The position numbers were made by a program, and so were the translations under genes. Positions 20,242 through 30,152 of a stretch of 64,000 bases of DNA are shown here, piece by piece. The stretch's first letter is position 1. Each line of letters begins with the position of its first letter. The stretch is taken from the NCBI GenBank assembly GCA_965242865.1, contig CBDETK010000013.1, positions 1,408,001 to 1,472,000 of the forward strand, in the 5' to 3' direction. The DNA is from Candidatus Latescibacterota bacterium (GTDB taxonomy: Bacteria > Latescibacterota > UBA2968 > UBA8231). The notes under the pieces were generated by a model that saw only the letters and a program-made list of their open reading frames with translations, was not told where the DNA came from and did no database searches.

Positions 20242-20565
20242 CTATCGCCAAGCGGTTGACAATTGGTCCGCAATCCACTGGTTCAGGCTCTTGCCTTCTC
20301 GCTGTGCCCGCACGTAAATCTCGCGGTGCAACGCCGGCGGCAGACGAAGCATTAAGCGGCCAGAAAAGGGTTTATCCGGTGCTTCGCCTCGCGCTTGGCA
20401 GAAGGCCAAGTATTCCTCTACTGATTCGCGAAAGGCCCGCTCTAGTTCCTCAACGGTTCGCCCTTGAAACGTGACGACGTCTTTGAGGTCGAGCACCTCG
20501 CCGTGAAAGAGGCCAGCTTCGTCGTCGAACTCAACGCGGCCCGTATAACCTTTATGATTTAACAC
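20242..20565 (-). CDS. hicB: HicB family antitoxin
   Basis: KGYTGRVEFD...VVTFQG...YLAFC...PDKPFSGRLMLRL...SLNQW. Confidence 0.9.
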   Translation of the reverse strand: MLNHKGYTGRVEFDDEAGLFHGEVLDLKDVVTFQGRTVEELERAFRESVEEYLAFCQARGEAPDKPFSGRLMLRLPPALHREIYVRAQREGKSLNQWIADQLSTAWR

Positions 20566-20571
20566 GCATTC

Positions 20572-20838
20572 CTATCCTTTCGGAGTCGCCCCCGCTCGTT
20601 GTAAAAAGCGTCGCATAGACTTCAACGCTCCTTTGTCCGTATCTGGCTGTGGATGGGGGCGGTGAAAAACAGCCCGCACCCCGTTGAGGTGTATGCGGAC
20701 GCGAGACCCGTGTCCTTCCGTCAATTCTGCCCCAAGTGCCCGCAATAAATGCTCAATGTCCACCCACTTCACGTTGGCGCGAATGGGATCTGCAAAGACT
20801 GCTTGGAGCGTTTGGCGGTGTTTGCCGCTGAGGCGCAT
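20572..20838 (-). CDS. hicA: HicA family toxin
   Basis: W.DIEHLL.ALGA...EG.GSRV...FHRPHP; upstream of and adjacent to hicB. Confidence 0.9.
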   Translation of the reverse strand: MRLSGKHRQTLQAVFADPIRANVKWVDIEHLLRALGAELTEGHGSRVRIHLNGVRAVFHRPHPQPDTDKGALKSMRRFLQRAGATPKG

Positions 20839-20844
20839 AGTGTC

Positions 20845-20872
20845 AATGTACGATACTGTTGTGAGAGGTCAA
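20845..20872 (-). promoter_or_regulatory. Putative sigma70 promoter of hicAB (possibly leaderless mRNA)
   Basis: TTGACC-16 nt-TACATT ending 6 nt before the hicA ATG. Confidence 0.45.
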
Positions 20873-20949
20873 GGATACAACTTAGACGCGATTCAGGTTT
20901 CGTTGACAAGGCCGCCAGTACCGCTCGCCCGCACCGATAGGTCTTCGCG

Positions 20950-23301
20950 TTAGTAGGCCACGGCGATGGTGCGGAGCGCGGTGTCGTGGCCGGCATCGGC
21001 CCCCAGATTGACGCGCAGGACGTACAGGCCGGGGGCGGTGCGCGCTCCGCTGGCGGCGCGGCCGTCCCAAGTGAAGAGGCGTTGCGAGCCGCCGGTGCTT
21101 GGGGCGAGGATGGCTACTCGACGCCCGGCGAGGTCGAAGACTTCCACGTGCGGCTCGCGGCCCTCGACTTTGAAGGCGACGAATCGCACCTCGAGCCGGT
21201 CGTTGATGCCGTCGCCGTTGGGGGTTATGGTCGCAGAAGCGAGTTGCAGATCGCTGATGAGCTGGCCGCTGCTGGTCAGCTCGGGCAGCATGACGATGTT
21301 GGAGCGGCGCTCGGCCGCCTCGACCGACTGCCACAGGCCCGGGGCCTCGCTCAAGCCTAGGTCGAGGGCAAAGACGGTGGCGTTTTGCAGCAGGCGGGTG
21401 GTAAAGCTCACTTGCAGGGAGTCGCCAGCGACCGCCTGCGGCAACGCGATGAGCAGGGAGTCGGCCTGCATGTCCAAGGCGGTCGGCACGACCTCTTCCG
21501 CGCCGACCCGTACCGAGACGCTCCCTAGGTCAACAGGTTCGGGGATGGTGAAGCGCAGGCGGTCAAAGCCCCGGTCGAGTTCGTCGGTCTCGGGCCAGAG
21601 GGTATAGGTGAAGCGCGTGTCTTGGTTGGGGCGGGCCTCGCGGGGGGCGACGCGACCGCGTGCGCCTTGGACTAGGGCGTCCTCAAACTCGACCGAGACC
21701 GAGTTGACGGTCGGGGCGATAGCGGGATCGTCCGTGGAGAGGATCATCTCCAGCACGATGAAGCGGCGCGGGCTGGCCGACTTGAAGGGCTCGCCCGAGA
21801 ACTGGTAGATGTTGCTAAACGCGCTCCAGTCCTCGCCCGTGACCAAGGTCGAGTCAACAGGCCCTCTAATCACTTTGGGCAAGCTCTTCCACTTCTCCTC
21901 GGTGACCATGTCGCCCTTCTTGTCGTAAAAGGTGTACTCCGCGCCGAGCGCGTTGCCCGAGCGGGAGCGGAATTGCAACCGAGTGCCCGGCGGCAGGTCC
22001 GCGTCCCAGTGCAGGGCCTTGATGACTTTGGGCCGCCCATCGCCGGCTTCCTCTCCGAGGTTGATAAAGCCGGACTGCAACTCGACTTGCGCTGGATACC
22101 CTGGGGAGAACAGTTGCATCTCGCCCCACTTGACGATGCCCCACCCCCTACAACTCACCCCGTGCCAGAACAAGTAGCGGGCCTTGCGCGGCTCAAACAG
22201 GTAGCGCATGTAAAGCAGGTTGTCGGCGTTGGGGGCTAGATGGGTGAAGACCTCTTCGTAATCAACGTTTTCGGGCACTTCGACGAGGGGGGCTGTGCCC
22301 GTGGCCGGGGTGCCGTCGGAAAAGAGGAGGGTGTGCCCCGGCCCCGTGCCAGATATGGTAAACCCCAAGGTGCCTTCGTCTGGCTGCATGGAGTAGATGA
22401 ACATCTCGTCGATAAAGAACGTCGCGCCCAAGTCCGCGCGGAACCACGTGCCGCCTTCGGCCCATTCCGACAGCGCGCCGCGGCAGCCGGTGACGGTGTT
22501 GTTGGTGTTGAGGTTGGCGTCAAAGAGGTTGAGGGTGGAGCCGGTGCCATCGCCTTCGACGAAATTGCCGCGTTGGCTGGTGCCGATGGCGATGTTGTCG
22601 CCGACGCCGATGACCTCGATCTCGGCGAGGGCCGCGTCGGGGTTTTGCTCCTCGGCAATGATTTGGATGTACTGGATCAACTGGTAGTGGTTGCGCTCGG
22701 CGGGCGTTAAATCCAAGGCGGGGTTGGTCACCAGCGCGGTGTCGCGGCCGGCGTAGCGCAGCGGGATGACGATTTCGGCGTCGGCGTTGGGGCGCGTGGT
22801 GCGGAAGACCGGGCGGTAGAGGAAGAGATCGTCCGTGGCCGAGATGCGCACGCCCGAGGTGGTGAAGACGCGGAATTGGCGGAATGGGCGCGCGCCTTCT
22901 TGGTCGGGGAATTTCAGGCGAATCGCGCGGGCTAGAGCCGCACGGCCCAAGTCGATGGTGATAAACCAGTCCTCGCGGGCGTCGTCCGGGCTGGGTTGCC
23001 AATAGGTCGTTGGGTCGCCGTCGATGGCCAGCGGCGCGTCGGCTGCATTGGAACCGGCTTGCCAGAGGCCGCCGGCGACCGCAGTGCCTCGGGTGCGGGT
23101 TTCGTGGACGAAGCGGTGCGCGTCCTCCACGAGGTTGATGTCCCGGCGGAATTTGACGAGCGTGAGCTGGCCCTGCTCGCCGACTTGGACCAAGCCAAAG
23201 GGTTGTTGCCAGCGGCCCCATTCTTCGGCGCTGTCGAAAGCGAGCTCGTCAGCCGCGAGTGAGGCGGTCAGTACGAGACCGGCGATTATGGCGCGTCGCA
23301 T
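20950..23301 (-). CDS. Secreted protein with discoidin-like domains and C-terminal FlgD/CHU_C-like tail
   Basis: AGGAGG RBS, signal peptide, AIDGDPTTYW...WFITIDLG; tail ITPNGDGIND...VFDLAGRRV...WDGR...PGLY...IAVAY. Confidence 0.7.
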   Translation of the reverse strand: MRRAIIAGLVLTASLAADELAFDSAEEWGRWQQPFGLVQVGEQGQLTLVKFRRDINLVEDAHRFVHETRTRGTAVAGGLWQAGSNAADAPLAIDGDPTTYWQPSPDDAREDWFITIDLGRAALARAIRLKFPDQEGARPFRQFRVFTTSGVRISATDDLFLYRPVFRTTRPNADAEIVIPLRYAGRDTALVTNPALDLTPAERNHYQLIQYIQIIAEEQNPDAALAEIEVIGVGDNIAIGTSQRGNFVEGDGTGSTLNLFDANLNTNNTVTGCRGALSEWAEGGTWFRADLGATFFIDEMFIYSMQPDEGTLGFTISGTGPGHTLLFSDGTPATGTAPLVEVPENVDYEEVFTHLAPNADNLLYMRYLFEPRKARYLFWHGVSCRGWGIVKWGEMQLFSPGYPAQVELQSGFINLGEEAGDGRPKVIKALHWDADLPPGTRLQFRSRSGNALGAEYTFYDKKGDMVTEEKWKSLPKVIRGPVDSTLVTGEDWSAFSNIYQFSGEPFKSASPRRFIVLEMILSTDDPAIAPTVNSVSVEFEDALVQGARGRVAPREARPNQDTRFTYTLWPETDELDRGFDRLRFTIPEPVDLGSVSVRVGAEEVVPTALDMQADSLLIALPQAVAGDSLQVSFTTRLLQNATVFALDLGLSEAPGLWQSVEAAERRSNIVMLPELTSSGQLISDLQLASATITPNGDGINDRLEVRFVAFKVEGREPHVEVFDLAGRRVAILAPSTGGSQRLFTWDGRAASGARTAPGLYVLRVNLGADAGHDTALRTIAVAY

Positions 23302-23335
23302 TGGGCCCCTCCTTAGCAGGCGATGGTACGCGGCC

Positions 23336-24805
23336 TTAATGTATGCCATATCGACTCGCTCCTTGATTGCGGATGTAGGAAAGTCCTTTCATTCTGAATA
23401 TGGCGGCTTTCTGCTGTCGCTCTTCGGAAAATTGCTCCAAGTTCGACACACCGTGCAGGGAATGGAAGACGTTCAGCACCGCGCCATCGGCCAGGCGCAC
23501 CTCAACGGCCACGCCCTCCTGGGTGAATGCGACCAGTGCCCGGCGGCGGTCGGGCGAGATGTCGAGGGCGCCTTGGTAGGCGGAGAACAGGTTCCGCAGA
23601 GATTCGGGGGTCCGGTCGTTGGGAAAGATAGTCGTCTCTCGCCGGCTGTCGGCGAGGTCGAGCATCAGCAGCCGCGAGGGCCCGTGGACGCCATCGCCGC
23701 CGTAATTGTCGAACATCAGGAAGGTTGAGCCCGTCAGGTGCTGGACGCTGTGTTGATAGAAGAAGCTGCCCCGGACCAGCCGCTTGACGCGACCCGATGC
23801 GCCATCGAGGATGGCAAACGCGCTTAGGTTGCGCAGGGACGCCACGAGGTCGCCCGGCGCGAGGCCCCACGCACCGCCAGCGTCGTCCCCAAGCCGGTGA
23901 ATGAAGTTGAGGTGTAGAGGATCGCACGGTGCGGCAAGCCGGCTGGGCGCCGAGGCGGATAGCATGAGGTGGGCGAATGGCGAATCGCGCAAGGCGTCGA
24001 TCAGGTTGATGCGCTTTAGGAGCTGTCCATGCCCGTCGATCCTGCTTATCGCGTCGAGATACGGCCGGCCCGTGCCGCATGGGAGCGCGATGGTCTCGCC
24101 GGCTCGCTCAAAGGATATGGACCGACGGCCAACCAACGCGCCGGGCACCAGCGCGACGCCGTCGTTGCCGATATGAGGCCAGTGATGGCTGTAATCGCGC
24201 CGGAACCACACCGGATGCCCGGCGCGGTCGACCCGCGCCACCCCCGCCCCAGCGGGGAAAGCCGTGGATTGGTGAAAAACTACCAGCAGGTCGCCATTCG
24301 CGTATCGCGCTAGGGCGTCCGCCTTAACATCCCTGGCGAACGAGGAGGCAGGGGATACCTCATACGGGAACTCGCCGGAGTAGGCCGCGTCGGCGGCCTG
24401 TTCTAGTGCAGTGCTGCGAAGCGGGTAGGCATGGGTGACTTCGCCAGTGGCCGTGTACTCGACCGCTAAGCACCCCTCGTCGGGGCAGTAGTCGAGGAAC
24501 TGATAGCGTCCACCCTGCCACAGAATCGGACCGCTAAGAGAATCGCCTTGCACGAATTGGAAGCGGTTGGCGGCCGTGCTGTCCAGCGGCACCTCGGTGA
24601 AGTCCAAGAATTCGCCGTTGTTAGAGCTCGTATGTATCGTGTGCAGCGTCTGCAAGGTCTTTACGCTGTCGGAGAGGAGCGGGAAGGGGAATAGCTCATA
24701 GACGACCACCAAGCCGCCGCAGGCCAATAACGCCAGCGCAATGGCGAGCACCAGCAGAAGTCGAGACAGGTGATCCCATATCTTCCCGCCGCTTTCGTCG
24801 CTCAT
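23336..24805 (-). CDS. Arylsulfotransferase (ASST)-family protein, copy B
   Basis: N-terminal TM anchor; YSHHW, DPLHLN, FFYQHSV, LMFDN motifs. Confidence 0.75.
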   Translation of the reverse strand: MSDESGGKIWDHLSRLLLVLAIALALLACGGLVVVYELFPFPLLSDSVKTLQTLHTIHTSSNNGEFLDFTEVPLDSTAANRFQFVQGDSLSGPILWQGGRYQFLDYCPDEGCLAVEYTATGEVTHAYPLRSTALEQAADAAYSGEFPYEVSPASSFARDVKADALARYANGDLLVVFHQSTAFPAGAGVARVDRAGHPVWFRRDYSHHWPHIGNDGVALVPGALVGRRSISFERAGETIALPCGTGRPYLDAISRIDGHGQLLKRINLIDALRDSPFAHLMLSASAPSRLAAPCDPLHLNFIHRLGDDAGGAWGLAPGDLVASLRNLSAFAILDGASGRVKRLVRGSFFYQHSVQHLTGSTFLMFDNYGGDGVHGPSRLLMLDLADSRRETTIFPNDRTPESLRNLFSAYQGALDISPDRRRALVAFTQEGVAVEVRLADGAVLNVFHSLHGVSNLEQFSEERQQKAAIFRMKGLSYIRNQGASRYGIH

Positions 24806-26298
24806 GGACTCGCTCCTCTTTGATTGTGGATGTAGAAAAGTCCTCCTTTCATTACGAATATGGCGGCTTTCTGCTGTCGCTCTTCGGAAAATTGCTCCAA
24901 GTTCGACACATTGTGCAGGGACTTGAAGACGTTCAGCACCGCGCCATCGGCCAGGCGCACCTCAACGGCCACGCCTTCCCCAGTGAATGTGACCAGCACC
25001 CGGCGGCGGTCGGGCGAGATGTCGAGGGCGCCTTGGTAGGCGGAGAACAGGTTCCGCAGAGATTCGGGGGTCCGGTCGTTGGGAAAGATAGTCGTCTCTC
25101 GCCGGCTGTCGGCGAGGTCGAGCATCAGCAGCCGCGAGGGCCCGTGGACGCCATCGCCGCCGTAATTGTCGAACATCAGGAAGGTTGAGCCCGTCAGGTG
25201 CTGGACGCTGTGTTGATAGAAGAAGCTGCCCCGGACCAGCCGCTTGATGCGACCCGATGCGCCATCGAGGATGGCAAACGCACTGATATGGCGCAGGGAC
25301 GCCACGAGGTCGCCCGGCGCGAGGCCCCACGCACCGCCAGCGTCGTCCCCAAGCCGGTGAATGAAGTTAAGGTGCAGGGGATCGCACGGTGCGCTAAAGC
25401 CGAGGTCAAAGGGATCGCACTGTACGGCAGCCTCTGCGGGCCTCGAGGCGGATAGCATGATGTGGGCGAATGGCGAATCGCGCAAGGCGTCGATCAGGTT
25501 GATGCGCTTTAGGAGCTGTCCATGCTCGTCGATCATGCTTATCGCGTCGAGATACGGCCGGCCCGTGCCGCACTCGAGCGTGATGGTCTTGCCGGCTCGC
25601 TCAAAGGATATGGACCGACGGCCAACCAACGCGCCGGGCACCAGCGCGACGCCGTCGTTGTCGATATAAGGCCAGTGGTGGCTGTAATCGCGCCGGAACC
25701 ACACCGGATGCCCGGCGCGGTCGACCCGCGCCACCCCCGCCCTAGCGGGGAAAGCCGCGGATTGGCGAAAAACTACCAGCAGGTCGCCATTCGCGTATCG
25801 CGATAGGGCGTCCACCTTAATACCTCTGGCGAACGAGGAGGCAGGAGATACCTCATACGGGAACTCGCCGGAGTAGGCCGCATCGGCGGCCTGTTCTAGT
25901 GCGGCGCTGCGAAGCGGGTAGGCATGGGCGACTTCGCCGGTGGCCGCGTACTCGACCGCTAAGCACCCCTCGTCGGGGCAATACTCGAGGAACTGATAGC
26001 GTCCACCCTGCCACAGAATCGGACCGCTAAGAGAATCGCCTTGCACGAATTGGAAGCGGTTGGCGGCCGTGCTGTCCAGCGGCACCTCGGTGAAGTCCAA
26101 GAATTCGCCGTTGTTAGAGCTCGTATGTATCGTGTGCAGCGTCTGCAAGGTCTTTACGCTGTCGACGATGATCCGGGAGGGAAATAGCTTATAGAAGACC
26201 ACCAAGCTGCCATAGACGAATGACGCCAGCGCAATGGCAAGCACCAGCAGAAGTCGGGACAGGTGATCCCATATCTTCCCGTCGCTTTCGTCGCTCAT
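24802..26298 (-). CDS. Arylsulfotransferase (ASST)-family protein, copy A
   Basis: Near-identical paralog of 23336-24805, coupled by an ATGA overlap. Confidence 0.75.
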   Translation of the reverse strand: MSDESDGKIWDHLSRLLLVLAIALASFVYGSLVVFYKLFPSRIIVDSVKTLQTLHTIHTSSNNGEFLDFTEVPLDSTAANRFQFVQGDSLSGPILWQGGRYQFLEYCPDEGCLAVEYAATGEVAHAYPLRSAALEQAADAAYSGEFPYEVSPASSFARGIKVDALSRYANGDLLVVFRQSAAFPARAGVARVDRAGHPVWFRRDYSHHWPYIDNDGVALVPGALVGRRSISFERAGKTITLECGTGRPYLDAISMIDEHGQLLKRINLIDALRDSPFAHIMLSASRPAEAAVQCDPFDLGFSAPCDPLHLNFIHRLGDDAGGAWGLAPGDLVASLRHISAFAILDGASGRIKRLVRGSFFYQHSVQHLTGSTFLMFDNYGGDGVHGPSRLLMLDLADSRRETTIFPNDRTPESLRNLFSAYQGALDISPDRRRVLVTFTGEGVAVEVRLADGAVLNVFKSLHNVSNLEQFSEERQQKAAIFVMKGGLFYIHNQRGASP

Positions 26299-26366
26299 GG
26301 ACTCGTTCCTCTTTGATTGTGGATATAGAAAAGTCCTTCCATGCTGAATCTGGTGGCTCTCTGCTA
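26295..26366 (-). pseudogene. 3' remnant of a third ASST paralog
   Basis: Translates QRATRFSMEGLFYIHNQRGTSP*, versus copy A's end QKAAIFVMKGGLFYIHNQRGASP*; same ATGA coupling. Confidence 0.75.
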
Positions 26367-28397
26367 GTACGCAATGCCCAACGGGCGGAGCTGGGGCTCG
26401 GTGGCAAATTCCGAGCGCAGGTCTAAGGTCGTCAGGTAAAGGCCGGGCGGCAGGAGCCGGCCCGTTTCGTCGCGCCCGTCCCAGCGCAGGTGCTGCGGGC
26501 CGGCGTTTTGCAAGCCGGCCTCGATGGAGGCCACGCGCCGGCCGTTGAGGCTATAGATGGCGAGGACGACCGGCACGGCTTGGGGCAGGCGAAACAGCGA
26601 ATAGGCCACGTGCAGTTCGTCGTTGATGCCGTCGCCGTTGGGCGAAAAGACCGGCGGGGAAAAGGTCAGGTTCTGGATAAAAGCGGTTTTTTGCGCGGTG
26701 GTGCCGAACACGCGCAGGCTGTTGGTCGAGAGGGCTTCGCCCACATCGGCGCCGACGACCGGTTGCGGCAGAACGTCGCGGTCGCTGTCTAGGACTTCGC
26801 TCTGGAACGTGGTCGCGAACTCAAAGACCTCCGTGGCAAAGACGATGCGGATCGGCGGGTTATTGGCGCGGGTGATGCGCTCGGGCAGGTGGATGAGCAG
26901 GCCCTCGGGCTCTGGGGTGACCGCGGCCGGCGCAGTTTCTCGGCGGCCTTGGCCGAGTTGCAGGCTCTTGAGTTCGGTCTGGTGCCCGGTGCGCAGGCGC
27001 AACAGGTCGAAGCCGGGCGCATCCACCGCTGCGAAATCGGCTTGGAGGTCATAGACGAATTCGATGGTTTCGCCCAAGGGAACTTGGGTAATCCCGCTGA
27101 CGGGCTGGGGGTCGTCGGTGGCGGCCACTTCGCCGCGCACGGTCGTGGCCAACAGCGGAGCGGTCTCGATCCACAACGAGTCGAGGCGCGCGAAGTCGTC
27201 AAAGGAATCGCTTTCCATGGCGACTCGGAACTGCAAGTACGCGCCGTTGCGCAGGTTGATCGGTTGGCCCGATTCGACAAAGGGCGCCGACCAGAACGTC
27301 CAATGATCCGAATCGTAGCCAATGGACGCGCGGACTCCCGGCTTGGGCTGGCGTTCGCTCAGGTCGTCTGCGGCCGTGATGCGCACAAACCGAGTGCGGA
27401 GGGCGTTTTCGTAGTGATCGCGCGCCACCACCCGCTCCAGCCCGGTGTCCATGTATTCGTGATAGACGGCCGGGTCGTCGTCTAGGCCGGTGCGCACCTC
27501 GACCTTGACTCGGGCGGCCACATCCGGGGCTTCCACTGCGGTCCCATTGACCATGCGGAATTTCGTGGCCCGCCAGAACAGCCGCCCGAAATTCACTGGC
27601 TCGCCGAGGTGGATTATCTTGGTCTTGTAAATGGCCTGCTGGGGCACCCCTTGGGCAAAGAGCTGGAACTCGCTGATGGAGCCGATGAGGGCGATGGCCA
27701 CATTGCCGCTCTTGGCTTGGGCGTCCTCGTCGAGTAGCGACAGCGTCCGGCGGTAGCGAAAGAAGCGCAGGTACTGACGAGTAAAGTCGATGCGCACCTT
27801 CGGTTCAAAATTGGAATTGATGTCGGCGATGACGGTGGAGAGCGGGTTGACGTTGCCTTCGAGCACCGGGGGTTCGGGGGCTACGGCCGCGGTCACCTGA
27901 AAGGCGGGGACGAAGTCCGTTTGCAGCGGGGTGCCGTCGGAGCGAAAGCCCTCGCTGGGCGGGATAAAGCCGAAGGCCACGGCCGGCACCAAAACGGCCA
28001 AATCCATGGTGAAGGTTTCTTTTTCAATGCGGTCGGCTTTGGGCGGGTTGTACGTGATAGGGTCGCCGTCAATGAGCCACGAGCCGTTTTCCGATGGGTC
28101 GGGGACGCCGTGATTCCACTTCCACATCCGGGGGGTTTCGCCGTCTAGGTAATCGAAGACGCGGTCGCTGGGGTCGCGCCAGAAGGCCCAATTGTCGATG
28201 TGGGAAAAAACCGTCTCGTCAAGCGTGAAGTACGTGGGCTGGATAGCCCTGGGGGTGGTTGCAAAGTCGATGAAGAGGCGGGTCGTGTCGTTTTCGCTCC
28301 AAGCTAGGCCGCTGCCGCCGAGCTGCCAGTGGGAAATCTGGGCGGCGGTGCTTTGCGCGAAAATTAGGATCGACAAGGCAGTGATGGGGACGCGCAT
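26364..28397 (-). CDS. Secreted protein with C-terminal FlgD/CHU_C-like tail (distant paralog of 20950-23301)
   Basis: Signal peptide MRVPITALSILIFAQSTAA; tail FSPNGDGIND...IYSLNGRRV...WDGRD...PGLY...LGIAY. Confidence 0.7.
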   Translation of the reverse strand: MRVPITALSILIFAQSTAAQISHWQLGGSGLAWSENDTTRLFIDFATTPRAIQPTYFTLDETVFSHIDNWAFWRDPSDRVFDYLDGETPRMWKWNHGVPDPSENGSWLIDGDPITYNPPKADRIEKETFTMDLAVLVPAVAFGFIPPSEGFRSDGTPLQTDFVPAFQVTAAVAPEPPVLEGNVNPLSTVIADINSNFEPKVRIDFTRQYLRFFRYRRTLSLLDEDAQAKSGNVAIALIGSISEFQLFAQGVPQQAIYKTKIIHLGEPVNFGRLFWRATKFRMVNGTAVEAPDVAARVKVEVRTGLDDDPAVYHEYMDTGLERVVARDHYENALRTRFVRITAADDLSERQPKPGVRASIGYDSDHWTFWSAPFVESGQPINLRNGAYLQFRVAMESDSFDDFARLDSLWIETAPLLATTVRGEVAATDDPQPVSGITQVPLGETIEFVYDLQADFAAVDAPGFDLLRLRTGHQTELKSLQLGQGRRETAPAAVTPEPEGLLIHLPERITRANNPPIRIVFATEVFEFATTFQSEVLDSDRDVLPQPVVGADVGEALSTNSLRVFGTTAQKTAFIQNLTFSPPVFSPNGDGINDELHVAYSLFRLPQAVPVVLAIYSLNGRRVASIEAGLQNAGPQHLRWDGRDETGRLLPPGLYLTTLDLRSEFATEPQLRPLGIAY

Positions 28398-28498
28398 GAT
28401 GGCTCTGCTTCCGTAGGGCGCAAACGAGGGACGAGCAGCATGGGCTTTGGGCTTACAATAAATAAATGGTAAGCAATTGCCCAAACGCAGCCAATAAA

Positions 28499-29719
28499 CT
28501 AGGCCCGGAACGGCACCAGCCAATCCTCCTCGATCCCCAAATCGAACCCCGGCCCCCGCGGCACAAATTCCAGATAGCTGTCTTGGGGCACCAGCGCCCC
28601 CGGCTCGGATACTTCTTTTAGCGGAACCCCTGGGTCTGAGCCGATGTAGTATTCGCCCCAAGGCGTGTTGGGCATGGCCCACGTCAAGTGCTGGCCGTAA
28701 GGGTCGCGCCCGCCGCCGTGGAGGCAGACTTCGAGGCCAGCGGCCTCGGCCAGATGGCAGATTTTGATACAGGCGGTCAGCCCGCCGACCCAGTGGATGT
28801 CGGGTTGGAGCACATCGAGGGCGCGGTGCTCGATGAGTTGTTGGTACGGGTAGGGCGTGTAGAAGTGCTCGCCGCTGGCCAGCGTTTGCCACGGCAGGCG
28901 CTCTTTGAGTTGGATGTGCCCTTTGACGTCTTCGGGGATCAAGCACTCCTCCAGCCAGCGCAACTTGTAGGGCCGGAGACGCTCGGCTAGGCGGACGCTG
29001 TATTCGACGTCAAAGGCCATGTAGCAGTCGAGCATGAGCTCGCAGTCGGCGCCGACGAATGCACGGACTTCGGCCACCCGCCGCTCGTTTTGGTCGAGGC
29101 CCCACAGGCCATCGGCCGGGCCGTATTGGCAGGGGAGTTTGAAGGCTTTGAAGCCCAGCTCGCGATACCAATCGACGTCGTCGCCCGTGGCGTAGGTGAA
29201 GATGCGCTCCCGAGCCGGGCCGCCGATGAGCTCGTACACGGGCTTTTGTTGCAGCTTGCCGGCCAGATCCCACAGGGCCAAGTCCACGGCGCTGATGGCG
29301 ACGGTGGCGATGCCGACAGTGCCGAAGGGCTTGGAGACGCGGAACATCATGTCCCACAGCTTGTCGATGGCTAGGCAGTCCTCGCCGACGAGGATGTGGG
29401 CAAAGGCGTCTTCGATTACGGCCGCGACCGGCCGACCGGCGGCCGTGCCCAAGCCCCAAGTGCCGTCCTCGGCCGTGACTTTGACCGCAAAGCCGGGCCA
29501 TTGCCGAGCGGCGTAGAGCTGACGCCGCGGCTTGAAGCGCGGAAAGCGCGACATGGGGTTGGCCACTTCGATTTCGGTGGGCCAAGCCTTGCGGCGGGGG
29601 CGGCTTTGTTGGGCGGGGGCGGTTGAAGCGGAGAGCGTCGAGCCAGCTTGGGAACGGGCGCGGAGGGCCGGGCCATCGGGCCGTTCGACGCGGACGAGAT
29701 CGATGGATTTGATTTTCAT
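28499..29719 (-). CDS. Mandelate racemase/enolase-family acid-sugar dehydratase (RhmD-like)
   Basis: AISAVDLALWDL.GK...PVYELIGG, GFKAFKL, LMLDC, WLEE, SGEH, QPD. Confidence 0.85.
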   Translation of the reverse strand: MKIKSIDLVRVERPDGPALRARSQAGSTLSASTAPAQQSRPRRKAWPTEIEVANPMSRFPRFKPRRQLYAARQWPGFAVKVTAEDGTWGLGTAAGRPVAAVIEDAFAHILVGEDCLAIDKLWDMMFRVSKPFGTVGIATVAISAVDLALWDLAGKLQQKPVYELIGGPARERIFTYATGDDVDWYRELGFKAFKLPCQYGPADGLWGLDQNERRVAEVRAFVGADCELMLDCYMAFDVEYSVRLAERLRPYKLRWLEECLIPEDVKGHIQLKERLPWQTLASGEHFYTPYPYQQLIEHRALDVLQPDIHWVGGLTACIKICHLAEAAGLEVCLHGGGRDPYGQHLTWAMPNTPWGEYYIGSDPGVPLKEVSEPGALVPQDSYLEFVPRGPGFDLGIEEDWLVPFRA

Positions 29720-30152
29720 TGGAACACTCGCGATTTGCGTTGTTGCGTTGCGACGGCAGAACGGGTTGAGTAAAGGCAAGGCATTCACACGGGTCAAGCC
29801 GAGATAGCGTTAGTACAGATGCGTCTCGTGGTCCCGGCTAGGCTTGACGGCGACCGTGCTCAATAAGGGCCGCTGGGAATACTTCACCTACTCATGGGAT
29901 TACATCGGTACTGAGCCAGAGGATGGACAAGTCTCCTATGGGATCAACAATGGTCGTATCACCTTCCCCGGCGACCAGCTAGCTACATGGCTAAAAATAG
30001 GGATAGCTCCCTGTTTTTGACTTGATGATCCCTGTAATTTACCTTATATAGTGTCCTAATTCTTAGCCACAAGGGGAGATCGAGGGTCAGAGACGCCCTA
30101 CGATTGTGGCAATTATAAGGCGATAAAGGGAATAGGTCTAAGCCTTTGTTTT

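Noticed and set aside
23336-26298. DGR template/variable repeat pair in the duplicated ASST genes
   Set aside because: Differences involve multiple base types and indels rather than adenines only; both copies are full genes and no reverse transcriptase is present.
23326-26372. 6-bp direct repeat GTACGC flanking the ASST pair as a target-site duplication
   Set aside because: Too short to be significant at this GC content, and exact excision would remove the upstream gene's stop codon.
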